The notes under the pieces: model-generated
Databases searched by the model: none
What the model was told of the DNA's origin: nothing
What the model saw: only the letters and a program-made list of their open reading frames with translations
Program-made: the position numbers and the translations under genes
Shown: positions 14,111 to 28,580 of the stretch, piece after piece
Layout of the letters: every line of letters starts with the position of its first letter
Numbering within the stretch: the stretch's first letter is position 1
Assembly (NCBI GenBank): GCA_964016885.1
Contig: OZ024742.1
Location: forward strand, 367,164,001-367,228,000
Origin: Eledone cirrhosa
Lineage: Eukaryota
Direction of reading: 5' to 3'
Length of the DNA: 64,000 bases

Positions 14111-14230
14111 AGCTGGGCAACAGAAGGTCTTCACAGAAGAAACCACCCTCAAGCGAATGTTTCAACCTTTAACTTTTGAAACACTCGCTTGACAGAGTTT
14201 TCTTCTCTAAAGACCTTCTGTTATCCAGCT
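14111..14230. repeat. Imperfect fold-back (~55-bp arms)
   Basis: agctgg..aacagaaggtctt...tcaagcga.tgtttcaa / ttgaaaca.tcgcttga...aagaccttctgtt..ccagct. Confidence 0.7.
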
Positions 14231-14704
14231 CCCTTCAGAGTTTCTTACCATTAAAATAACAAAGAATATCGTGCCGTGTCTCTGATACTATGTGGACTAA
14301 GATCCACGTTTAAAGGTCTTTGGTTGGAAGGGATTTTCTCTTGAAATTATCATTGTGGTGTCGTGTTAATAGAGCTAAAGTTGTAATTGAGGGAACAATA
14401 GAAGGATTTTCTCTTTAAGACATGTTTAATATAGGTGTAAAGTGTTTGTTGTATTTTGTGGAGGGTATAATATTTTATCTGCATTCATATTATTACTATA
14501 GTTGTTTGTGTTGTTTAGTTTGGTAATATGGATATGATACTGTGTTAAGTGGGGAGTTTAATTCATTCTGTGAAACGTGGTATTTGTGGCTGAGGTATTT
14601 CATTTGATGGGTCATAGTCACTTTAAGTTTGTTGTATTCCTCTGCCTTTACATAGTCGTTGAATATTCACACATATATATATATATATATAGTATATATA
14701 TGTA

Positions 14705-14744
<40 letters not shown>

Positions 14745-14893
14745 TACAGTCGTACAATATTGGGGATTTAGCCTCTAGATTCTACCTGGGATGATTTGGT
14801 CCCTTCTATATGCAGCTCGTAGAAACATATTGAGCTTCAGATTTACTTGGCATATCTTAACCAAGTGTGACCGCTCAATTCATTACCTTTGAT

Positions 14894-14981
<88 letters not shown>

Positions 14982-15705
14982 GATGGCGAGAGAGACCATC
15001 ATTTCCAGCTATTTATAAATGTACGATGAACAACTGGCACTGCTTATGCTCAACGGTATTAACGACACGTGTTGATTCAGTATAGTACTGCTACAGCGTG
15101 TTTGTCAATAAATGCTAAATTAATTTCTGGGAGAAGTTTTAATGTACATACATCTGGCATTATTCTATAAATAGAAGTGTATTGTATTTGTATTGTGTTT
15201 TGGTGACTAGCAGCGAGCTCTAGAAATAGATAACAGTGTTGAAGTGGGAGTGAAAATAACTAGCCTGGACACTGGCAACATGTTATTTGGCATGACTAGA
15301 GACTGGGATATTGTCGGAATGTGGCGAAATCCTCTTCCGACAACTGACAAAGTGCATTTCCTCCAATAAATAATAATAATAATAATAAATTATATATATA
15401 TAGGTGTGTGGGGGGGGGGTCGTGTTTGTGGGAGTGTAAATGCTCGTGTATATATTTGTACGATTGTTGAAGGAATTTCATACACACACATGTGCGTGTG
15501 TACGTATATATATATATATTTATAGAAATATATATATATATATATATATAAATATATAAATATATAAACACATTTGACTTAAGACAAAATCTGAAGTGGG
15601 GGCTAGGGAGGGGGATATTAGCTGGACAAATTGTGTGAGTGTTGGAGAGAGAGAGAGGGGAGAGAAAGAGTTGTGTATATATCCAATTGTAGTGAACATA
15701 ATTTA

Positions 15706-15764
<59 letters not shown>

Positions 15765-16599
15765 CATGTATATATATAGCTGTGTATATTTCCAATTGTA
15801 GTGAACGTAATATAACTAATGTGTTCATTAATATTCAAAGCACATTTAGATTGGATAAAAGACGAAACAGTTGCTAGTCTCAGACAATTATTTTCTTTGA
15901 AATAAAAGCAAGGTCGTTCAAACAACGAGCTGGGTAATTAAATTTTCCTTAATTAAGAATTAAAAAACGAAATTTTATAAAACATCGATGGCAATTCCAG
16001 TCATCCGTTTTCTATTCTCCTTCTTTTTCCCTTCATTTTTCTTTCTTTCTTCTTGATTTTCAAAGTTAAACGTGATCTCTTGAAAAGAACATTATAGAAG
16101 AAACAGTCGTAATTCTATGAACTCTGAATGATTGGGCCGCAAATTAATGATTATCTGCTTTTCGTTCAAAAATGTTTTCTTCGAGTCAGGATTATGAATA
16201 ACTTATGCTAATTATCATTCACGAAACAATGTCGTCCTTGTACAATAGACAGAAGACATGTAAGACGACTATCATTATATCTGACTTACATAAAACGGTC
16301 TATAATTTATATATCAGTGAGAATTATATCTAACGTAAAATGAAACTGAATAAATTGTGATATTTATGAAATAACCTGGTGACCCTCTCAAACGAAACTC
16401 AATAATATCTAGGTAAATGTTGCCAGAGTGTTCAATATATTAAGATATATCATTGAAGAGAAGAAGATATTACAATGGCGTCAATGGCATTTCTTGTCAG
16501 TAAAAACCCACTGTGAGATGCTTTCATCACTGGCGTTCAATCTCCATTACTATCTATTTCAGATTGCTTGTACAATTGTGTGTGAATGTGTGTGATCTC

Positions 16600-16935
16600 A
16601 GACACATCAGTTTGTGAGGTTGAACCCAGCTGATACGTTGTATCCTTCACGTTGTATCCTTCATGTTGTGTCCTTCACGTTGTGTCCTTCACGTTGTGTC
16701 CTTAATGCTGTGTCCTTCACGTTGCTCCAGGTCATTTCGATAGCATAATACATACCTGTAATTGAATGAGGTCAGCCTTTTCACAAAGAATGTCCCACGC
16801 TGAATTTCCCTGGATGCTACTATAAGAGTAGACGTATCTGGGGAATGCTAAGTCACTTGCACGTTAATTTCATGAACAGGCTGTTGCATCAGTCGAACAA
16901 TTGAAGCACTCGTCATCGCCACTGACGGATGCCCA
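16600..16935 (+). mobile_element. SINE body with internal 14-bp tandem (cacgttgtgtcctt)x~6
   Basis: Tandem 16634-16725 ending in cacgttgctccag; the downstream part resembles 31840-31910. Confidence 0.55.
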
Positions 16936-17087
16936 ACACATACTACTATGAAACACATGATTCCCAATAACTTTTCACCTGACTCCCTTTCATAGTGGGT
17001 TGTAAACATGTTGGACCAATGTAAAGGTTATACAGATGATGATGTGTGAAACTCAGGAAGGATCTTTGCCATGAGTTTTATCTTTAA

Positions 17088-17302
17088 CCCATTTAAACCG
17101 GCCATAACCGGCCAGAATTCTCTCACCTCTTCCTGTTCAAACTGGCTGTAACTGGTGGCTAACACTTATGTTAAGGTATTTTTCTCAAAATAAATAATAT
17201 CAAAATCTTATAGATTTGATATTATGTGAGATAATTATGTAATATAAAGCCTTTACAATGAAAATACAATAGTATATATAGAGTAATTTAAATGTTAAAG
17301 GG
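17088..17302. mobile_element. piggyBac-type MITE
   Basis: TTAA|CCC...GGG|TTAA ends with imperfect TIR (cccatttaaa versus ccctttaacatttaaa); non-coding. Confidence 0.65.
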
Positions 17303-17307
17303 TTAAT

Positions 17308-17670
17308 ACACAGCGTGGGAGATCTGCAGTAATTGGTAGAGCGTCGGACACAGCGTGGGAGATCTGCAGTAATTGGTAGAGCGTCGGACACAGCGTGGGA
17401 GATCTGCAGTAATTGGTAGAGCGTCGGACACAGCGTGGGAGATCTGCAGTAATTGGTAGAGCATCGGACACAGCGTAGGAGATCTGCAGTAATTGGTAGA
17501 GCGTCGGACACAGCGTGGGAGATCTGCAGTAATTGGTAGAGCGTCGGACACAGCGTGGGAGATCTGCAGTAATTGGTAGAGCGTCGGACACAGCGTGGGA
17601 GATCTGCAGTAATTGGTAGAGCGTCGGACACAGCGTGGGAGATCTGCAGTAATTGGTAGAGCGTCGGACA
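17308..17670 (+). repeat. 40-bp minisatellite, 9 copies
   Basis: (cagcgtgggagatctgcagtaattggtagagcgtcggaca)x9, with only two substitutions. Confidence 0.97.
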
Positions 17671-17797
17671 ACAACGATTTTCAATTTGAATTCTTCATAT
17701 TTTGAAATAGAATCTTGTGATTTCGGGTGACCCCTAATTACAATGTACCAAAGTTTGGTAACAACTCTTCGAATGTTCTACATCTTCTAATTTTACC

Positions 17798-17836
<39 letters not shown>

Positions 17837-18202
17837 CTTTTTCTTTCGTTTTTTCTTCTTTCCTGCCTTTCTTTTTCTTCGTTATATTGTTTATTGAAAG
17901 TCATTATTTCTATTGTTCTCTCTCCCCCTCTTTCTCTCTCGCTCTCTCCCCTTTCTTTCTTCCCTCTCTCTTTCTTTCTCTCCTTTTCTTTTCCTCCCTC
18001 TCTTTCTCTCTCCCCCTCTCGCCTTCTCCCCTTTCTCTCTCCCCTCTCCCCTTTCTTTCTTCCCTCTCTCGTTCTCTCCCCCTCTCTCTCACTCTCCCCT
18101 TCTCCCATTCCATTCTGTCTCTTTGTCCAACCCACTTAAACAGCTGCTGTTGGAATTTATTTATATTTCCCATGATTCTCCATAATATATATATATATAT
18201 TG

Positions 18203-18774
18203 ATATGTAACCCATGTGCAACCACGCAACACTCCATTTTTCTTATATTTATATTTTTTCCTCAGCTGCGATTGTCTGTTTCTTTCTTACTGCTTCCCCT
18301 CTATCTGTATCTCTCACCTTCTTTTTACCCCCTCTGCCAGTCAGTCTATCTCTCTCTCTCTTTCTCTCTCGGATGGCCTATTCCTCACACTTCCACTCAC
18401 TCACTCTCTGCTTCTCCACTCTCTCACTGTCTCCCGTTTGACCTGTGTGAAATCCTTTTCTCGCTCACATCTCACCCATATCGGATGGTCTGTATCTCTC
18501 GTCCATGAATTCACCAAGCTTAAGCTTACAGATATCATGTACTTGTCTCTTCCTATCTTTCCGTTGCAATACCATTTTGTTTGTTTACATGTCTCGCTTG
18601 CTTAACTCTATTTTACTTGTCCCAATAACTTTATTTAGTTATTGCTCGCACCAACCAGAGGTATATCATTTTTAAAGCGATGAAATACCAATGAAAGTTG
18701 GAAGATCACTGGTGAAGGACTAATTTTATTCATATGTAACCCATGTGCAACAGCACAGCAGTCCATGTGTCTTA

Positions 18775-18780
<6 letters not shown>
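18203..18780 (+). repeat. Unit with ~50-bp terminal direct repeat (period 529 bp) between (TA)n tracts
   Basis: atatgtaacccatgtgcaac...tccat..tcttatattta at 18203 and 18732. Confidence 0.6.
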
Positions 18781-18871
<91 letters not shown>

Positions 18872-18882
18872 GCATATATATT

Positions 18883-18974
<92 letters not shown>

Positions 18975-18975
18975 C

Positions 18976-19060
<85 letters not shown>

Positions 19061-19084
19061 AGTATATATATATATATATATACT

Positions 19085-19160
<76 letters not shown>

Positions 19161-19167
19161 CATATAT

Positions 19168-19680
<513 letters not shown>

Positions 19681-19952
19681 GAGATAAGCGGAGCAAGCAA
19701 GATTCAAACAATTTTTTAAAATAAATTAAAAAATATAATTTAAATATTTACCTATTCCAATTGCTTTTACCGACGGTTTCACCTTACAAAAGATTGGAGA
19801 ACCTAGGGACTTCAAATGGAAATGTTCGGATCAGCAGAGAGCATTTTCCTTACTTAGGACAAAAGTCTCAGGAACGGCAAAATATATTTACACCTGCCAG
19901 CTAGCACATCATCGAATGAGGCCGTAAACTTGGCCTGTGTATATGTATATAT

Positions 19953-20670
<718 letters not shown>

Positions 20671-20778
20671 TCTACACACATACATATACTGTACATATGT
20701 TAGACACTCCATTTCTCTAGATCATTAGCTAATTAATTACTGTCTTAATTGTTGTTGTTTCTAATTATTTACTTACCT

Positions 20779-21005
20779 GAGGTGGAGAGGAAAGTCGCCA
20801 GAGTGAAATAACAAGTTTTTTTTATCTTCTCTAAATTCCTTATAATTTTTACGTTCTGAGTTTAAATCCCGTCGAGGTTAACTTTGCTTTTAATACTTAC
20901 CGGTCGATAAAATAAAGAACCAGTAATGTTCTGGGGTTGATTTATTTGACTTTCCCCTCCCCAAATTGTTGGCCTTGTGCCTAAATCACAAACCATATTA
21001 TTATT
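20779..21005 (+). mobile_element. SINE, same family as 21358
   Basis: ctgagtttaaatcccgtcgaggttaactttgc...gataaaataaagaaccagt...ggccttgtgcctaaa, with a (TTA)n tail. Confidence 0.65.
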
Positions 21006-21357
21006 AGCGGTATTGTTAATGCCTGTTGTTACTGTAATACCCAGCGCTGCTATATGTACCATGGGTATGTTCTTTGCCTAGTTAGGGCTATTTTAACTAT
21101 GTGTATATATTGGTTATGTATCTGTTTGTATGAACGTGTTTTTATCTTTCCACAGCACCTATTATTTTAGGGATTGCTTTCATCATCCGCATTCAGGTTA
21201 TTTTTATCTCCAAACCTTTATATTTGGAATATTCCTCCATGTCTATGAGAGATATATTGTCGTCTGTGGAGATAGATACATCAATTAGAAAGCATTTTTT
21301 TTTTGTTTTTTTTACTATGAGAATAGGCAACTAATAATAATTATTATATCAAAAGTT

Positions 21358-21545
21358 GGTGGATTGGCCGTATCGGTAGAGGGTCGTACGCCATGTATTG
21401 CAGCAAAGAGTTACGGCCCTTTATGATCTGAGTTCAAATCCGGCCGAGGTTAACTTTACCTTTCCTCTTTACGGAGTCAATAAAATAAAGTACCAGTAAT
21501 GCACTGGGTTATTGCTGGCCTTGTGCCAAAAGTAGAAATAATTAT
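21358..21545 (+). mobile_element. tRNA-derived SINE (second family)
   Basis: tggccgtatcggtagag...gagttcaaatccggccgaggttaacttt.cctttc...taaaataaagtaccagt. Related copies at 20779-21005 and 13800-13900. Confidence 0.7.
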
Positions 21546-21966
21546 TATAATTATGTGAAACTTCATTTCAATTCTGCCTCTTTCCCATATTTTGCCGAGA
21601 TGTTAACCTGAGGCAATATTTGATAATAAACACATTTAACAATCAAATGACACCCTAACGGTATAAACAACAGTAAATATCTTTGCAAGGTATTTAAATT
21701 GATAAATCCATTCTCAGGCAATGGACGGTGCCAGTCGGTGCTATTTTGTTCTATCTCTAACAGAGAGGCCTCTCCAGGTAACTGGTACAAATATATTTCA
21801 GTTCCAGGTGTAGCGACTAAAATGCCACATTTTCTCAGATATTTATATTTACTGAGCTTTCCAAACTCTATTATTGTAAACCCCCATTGTCCGTATTGTC
21901 CCCTGTCGGCTCTTGCGGCCAATAAATGAAATCATTGTTATTATTATTAGTTCCTAATACTTTCAG

Positions 21967-22286
21967 ATGGGTTCCTACGAAGAATCCGATGGTTATAAAT
22001 ACGTCTACACGCTCTACTACAATACATCCGCTGGGAAACTGATACCGGTAGAGGGCGAAGATGGTAAAACTCGCTATGGAATGGTTATATTCCAAGGACT
22101 ACTCGCCTTTTGGGGGTTTCTTGCCAATTTAATGCTCATCATTGCCCTCGTCTCATCAAAAAGTGCACGAAGATTGGTTATTACGTTATATATACTCAGT
22201 TTGACAACCATCCAACTTCTCATGTGTGTTGTCAACCTACCATTTGCTGTTTATGACGACCTACATAAATGGAGTTTGGGACAAAG
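21967..22286 (+). CDS. Class A (rhodopsin-like) GPCR, coding exon 1 (N-terminus, TM1, TM2, ECL1)
   Basis: ATG directly after the acceptor tttcag (21961-21966). Translation MGSYEES...YYNTSAG (N-glycosylation sequon)...GLLAFWGFLANLMLIIALV (TM1, N1.50)...LYILSLTTIQLLMCVVNLPF (TM2)...KWSLGQ. Phase-2 donor AG|GTATGT at 22287. Confidence 0.88.
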
Positions 22287-22712
22287 GTATGTATAACCTA
22301 ACAATTATAGTGTGTTTCTATCTGAACAATTACCTATTGTTACTTTTATACGTCAAAGCTTAATTGTATGTAGAGCTCTAGTGAATATTCCAGTGTGATG
22401 ATAGTTTAATTCACACACACACACATACGCCCCATCCCACACCCACACATACACACACACTCACACACACATTAACTGACCGATAATTACTTTTAAAGCC
22501 GGTACAATGTGGTAGAAGATACGAAGGACAAATGATGGTAAATAAAAACAAAGTAATGTTTTCCCCGGGGTATTTTAGTGTGGTATTTAATTCTCTACAG
22601 ACCTCCCAATGATCTCTATTAACTACATCGATATATACAAAATATATTTTATAAAACTAAAGTTAAGCCATCGAATAGAACCGATACATCTTCGATCACT
22701 TTCCCTTTGTGA

Positions 22713-22870
22713 AGGCACATGGCTTAGTGGTTAGAGCATTGTGCTTGCAATCGAAAGGTTGTGAGTTCAATTCTCGGACCGGGTGATGTGTTGTTTCCTT
22801 AAGCAAGACACTTTATTTCACGTTGCTCCAGTTTACTCAGCTGTAGAAGTGAGATGATAGGACTGGGGCT
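22713..22870 (+). mobile_element. tRNA-derived SINE in the GPCR intron
   Basis: A box TGGCTTAGTGG, B box GAGTTCAATTC, body ccttaagcaagacactttatttcacgttgctccagt..actcagctg. Related copies at 31400-31490, 31713-31910 and 16600-16935. Confidence 0.75.
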
Positions 22871-23011
22871 CCCTATCATTAAATTACCCAAGACACGTGC
22901 AACGCGATATACCTTGGAGGAGGCCAGCTAAACCTGCATAGGTGTGAGCTGTCACACACACACATACGTGTGAGCTGTCACACACACACTTTCCCACTCA
23001 CTCAATAATAG

Positions 23012-23250
23012 TCAGACCGGCCACATATCTTCTATTTGTTAGGTATTTCATTTCTCTGACTAAACCCGCTATTAACATACTAGGAAGTAGGAGGCGCATT
23101 TTTCCGAATATTTGAAGACATGTAAATAAAAAACGGGAAGATGAAAGAAGTGATAAGAAACGAGTCAGAGATTTTAGTTTTAAAATATGAAACCTAACAG
23201 AAAAAAGCAAGAAATTTCAATTTAAAACTGAAATAAAACATGTTTTATTA
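23012..23250 (+). pseudogene. Degenerate copy of the GPCR TM7/helix 8/3'UTR inside the gene's intron
   Basis: tcagaccggccacatatcttctatttgttaggtatttcatttct matches 23857 onward exactly, then diverges (GGA>TGA stop, a small deletion). Similarity continues into the 3'UTR (gaaaaagcaagaaa...tttaaaactgaaataa). Confidence 0.85.
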
Positions 23251-23306
23251 ACGGGATCTGTTCTACCATATTTAACATATTTTTTTTTTCTTTCTTCTTT
23301 TGGTAG

Positions 23307-23985
23307 ATTTTGTGAAGCCTGGGTATTACTGGACGTTACACTCAGCTGTATCTCTGCTCTGGTCATCGTTATGATGAACATTGACCGTCTAATGTTTGTC
23401 CTGGATGCTAAACGTTATGTGAAGAACATGAAGGTCATTGCTTTAATTCTGATGGTCATTTTTCCTTGGCTTCTCGGTATTTCGTTGGTCATTATCATAT
23501 GGGTAAAAGGCAAACAGGTTTTCCCAGATTTCCCAGGCATGTGTGTTTATGCATTACACAAAGAATATGCGATGGTTTCGCCCTTTGTCATGTATTTCAT
23601 CCCTGCCTTAGTTATTCTAGGTCTTACGTTTGCCATACTTGTCACTGTGGTCCTTCACCCACATCACAGACAACCACCAGATGGTACCCATATGTTTGAC
23701 GAACAGGGTCAACCTCAACTGCCGTATCCGTTCCGCGAACATAACTCACTGTTTTCAGTGTGTTTGGTCAACTTCTTTTTCCTTGCCATGAGTTTCCCGT
23801 ACAACTGCGAAAATGCTGTGATGGCCTTTTGCGAAACGGACAATTGCATGCCACCCTCAGACCGGCCACATATCTTCTATTTGTTAGGTATTTCATTTCT
23901 CGGACTAAACCCGTTATTATGGTTAACATACCAGGAAGTCCGCGGTGCGTTCTTCAGAATATTTGAAAACATATGTAAAAGATAA
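23307..23985 (+). CDS. Class A GPCR, coding exon 2 (TM3-TM7, helix 8); spliced product 332 aa
   Basis: Polypyrimidine tract plus TAG acceptor ending at 23306. Splicing restores WSLGQR-FCEAWVLLDVTLSCISALVIVMMNIDRL (C3.25, D3.32, DRY-like DRL), then TM4 W, ECL2 Cys, TM5 YFIP, TM6 SFPY, TM7 LNPLLW and helix 8 QEVRGAFFRIF. 320+679=999 nt in frame to TAA. Confidence 0.9.
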
Positions 23986-24627
23986 ATGGAAAGATGAAGG
24001 AAGTGAAAAGAAATATGAAAAACTAAAGAAAAAGCAAGAAACTTCATTTTAAAACTGAAATAATTAAGAAATACTTGGTATGTTTTATTAATAATCAGTT
24101 ATAGAAAATTCAAAAAGTGACAAAAGAAACAAAGATTCTAGTTTTTAAAATCAAAATCAAGAAATTTAAAATTTAAAACAGAAATAATTAAGTACTTGTT
24201 ATGTATTTATTAATAACCAGTTATAGACACCACACCCAAAAAATATAAAAAGAAAAAAAGTAGAAAAAAAGGAAAAGAAATGGTAGAACCGTGTTACAAA
24301 TGTTGAAAATCATGGATGTATGAAAATTGTGCATCTGGCATTTCTAGAGCTAGCAAAAATATGTTAAGTTTGAAATTGTTGAATAAAGATTATTATTATT
24401 ATTATAAAAAAGATAAAGACGATGAATGCGAGCAAGTGTGAAACATTTGGAATAATCGTAATCAACGAATATTTTTATTTATTAGAAAAGGTTTAAAACA
24501 TGTTGATGTATACGCAAGCGTGTATGTATATAATATATATATACAGTATATATGTGTGTGTATTCGTGCATATATATATGTGTGTGTTTGTGAATATACG
24601 AATTTATATATGTGTGCGAATGTATGC

Positions 24628-24673
<46 letters not shown>

Positions 24674-24720
24674 ATACATATATATAATATGAGTACATAT
24701 ATATCTATATATCTATATAT

Positions 24721-24772
<52 letters not shown>

Positions 24773-24776
<4 letters not shown>

Positions 24777-25170
24777 CATAAGAAACGGAGAATCAGTGGT
24801 TCGACGAATTAAAATTTATTAGACATATTACAATCGTTTCTCTGGCGACCAGCTCGAGGCACGATCGATGTAATGATCGAACCTGACTCCGAAATCGCAA
24901 GATCCTCAGATACGTCTCGATTCTTCGAAGCAGAGTTTTCAAATGTCGAAGAATCGAGACGTATCTGAGGACCTTGCGATTTCAGAGTCAGGTTCGATCA
25001 TTGCATCGATCGTGCCTCGAGCTGGTCGCCAGAGAAACGATTGTAATATGTCTAATAAATTTTATTCGTCGCACCACTGGTTCTCCGTTTCTTATGTGAT
25101 ATTATACTCTGTTCTGTAAGTGCATCGAGTGTTCAAACGGCCTACCGCTTACGGACGCTTTAAAGAGATA
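24773..25170. mobile_element. Fold-back PLE-derived element (arms ~24773-24928 / 24946-25100) plus tail
   Basis: ~155-bp inverted arms with a 17-nt spacer, flanked by (TA)n; each arm carries an HHR. Confidence 0.82.
24822..24916 (-). ncRNA. Type I hammerhead with long stem II; mirror copy 24958-25052 on plus
   Basis: GACGTAT-CTGAGGA-TCTtGCGA...TCGCcAGA-GAA-AC gatt GT-A-ATATGTC, followed by AATAAA. Confidence 0.78.
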
Positions 25171-25309
25171 TATATATATGTTATATCCCATCTTAACTGA
25201 GATGTAAACATTTATATATTTTTTATTAATGTTTATCATCCGTTACAAATATGTTTACTCACATAAAGGCATTTATACTTGATTATATACATTAATACAT
25301 ATATGTGTT

Positions 25310-25361
<52 letters not shown>

Positions 25362-25368
25362 TATATAT

Positions 25369-25414
<46 letters not shown>

Positions 25415-25508
25415 ATATATACATATATATATATACGGGATAACACGTTATCGTTATATATATATATATGTATGTATGTATGTATAAATATGTGTGCGAG
25501 TGTAAGAC

Positions 25509-25545
<37 letters not shown>

Positions 25546-25888
25546 TACATGCATATATATAATATACGTATGTGGATATGTATATTGGTATGTGTTTGTA
25601 TATAATTTCATCAACAGTGACAGAACAGTTTATTTCTGTTACATTATATTCTATTAGTCATTCGCCATTTACTCCCTGGGACCTGGTGATCGTCATGTAT
25701 ACATATATATACATATATACATATATATACATATACACCATACAATGTTCTGCACATATTTCATCTCTAGTTATTTAAAACTGCACTGGTTTCTCCACAC
25801 CGATTGCCTACATTCACAGGTCCCACCCATGTCTTCATCAACTCACCTACCTTGCCAATTCAAAACAAATTATATTGTTACATTGATC

Positions 25889-26057
<169 letters not shown>

Positions 26058-26433
26058 GTATATATATATATGTGTATATATATATATATGTATATTGCCA
26101 TCCATAGACAGCCTTGAAAATGTTTTCTTCGTTTAAAATTAAATATTACTATTCAAGATAATGCCAGTGTTGTTGTTATTATTATTGATACTATGTTTGT
26201 TAAAATGATATCAAAATGTATTTACTGTTATCAAAGTATGACCTCAACATTTATTTTGTACTGAAACAAGGAATAGTTGGTGCTGGTTTAGATATATTTT
26301 ATCAACAATAACAGCTCAGACTTATATATAGAGAGAGAAATGTGAGCTGGACCAAGGACTATCCATATTATTTATTGAGAAATATGATCATCGTTCATAT
26401 TAATTATGTATTGATACCTTATCATTGATATAA

Positions 26434-26469
<36 letters not shown>

Positions 26470-26515
26470 TTAGTTAAGCAAAACAAGACCACAGATTTCA
26501 CAAGGAAGACATTAT

Positions 26516-27600
<1,085 letters not shown>

Positions 27601-27610
27601 TTTTTAAAAA

Positions 27611-27670
<60 letters not shown>

Positions 27671-27734
27671 ATATATATATATATAAATGAAATAACAGGA
27701 GGCTGGACTGGTGTAAATCCTTGAAAGGTTTATT

Positions 27735-27792
27735 ATACTATGATCATTTCAATGACCGGGTTCCATATGAATCCGGTGATATCATCAGGTAT
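27735..27792 (-). ncRNA. Type I hammerhead ribozyme in a ~125-bp element between (TA)n tracts
   Basis: ATAC-CTGATGA-tATcACCGGaTTC atatg GAAcCCGGTcATt-GAA-ATGATCAT-A-GTAT, then AATAAA. Confidence 0.78.
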
Positions 27793-27815
27793 TGGAATAT
27801 AACAAACCTAAAGAA

Positions 27816-27846
<31 letters not shown>

Positions 27847-27904
27847 GGAAAAGAGTCAGGACCTCGACGGCTGAGCTCCGGCCGTTTCGACAGCTAGATC
27901 CGAA

Positions 27905-27998
<94 letters not shown>

Positions 27999-28089
27999 CC
28001 CACCTGCGCACTTCGTCGAGTGCTCTACCCTGCAAAGGGAAGTGTCCGTGATTAACTAACACATACTCGAATTATATATATATTTCTGT

Positions 28090-28270
28090 TTTTATTATAT
28101 ATAGAATAACCGCCACATGACATTCCTGATGATTTCATAGGAATGAAACAATTCTAATCATGAAGTGCTCATTTCTTTATATATAATAAATATGTATATA
28201 CTCTAACAATGTTTTGAGTACCCTTTTTAACTGTGGTTATCTCGCCGACTCCACTCAACTCGAGAATTTA
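28090..28270 (+). mobile_element. Decayed family-D-related PLE 3' end with degenerate HHR
   Basis: ttcCTGATGAtttcataggaatGAAAcaattcta, and the tail ttgagtaccc...ctgtggttatctc matches the reverse complement of 2499-2560. Confidence 0.6.
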
Positions 28271-28580
28271 TATATATATATAACCGCCCCCCCCCCCCCC
28301 CCCGACACATCCAAATCTCTCTTATATAGAGAGTCACACATCACAACACAATCTGATCTCAGTTTGACAATCGCCACAGACGAATGCGAGAAAGTTCTCC
28401 AACAAAGTTAATCAGGAATCTTTAAAATTCTTCCCACCGAAGTTAACAAAGAACTTACTAGATCTACCAACTCATAATATTATATTATAAAATTAAATCA
28501 AGATATTTAGAACTACAAGTGAAGTCATTCTTTTCCCTTTTTTCAAATATATATATATACACATATATATATATATATAT

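Noticed and set aside
17308-17670. CRISPR-like array
   Set aside because: Units are contiguous and identical with no unique spacers, there are no cas genes, and the context is eukaryotic. The same applies to the 39-bp satellite.
21563-21929. ORFs of 119 aa (minus) and 76 aa (plus) upstream of the GPCR
   Set aside because: No recognisable motif or splice support; likely intronic or UTR sequence.
22713-22790. tRNA gene
   Set aside because: A and B boxes are present, but there is no acceptor stem or poly-T terminator and it continues into a SINE body.
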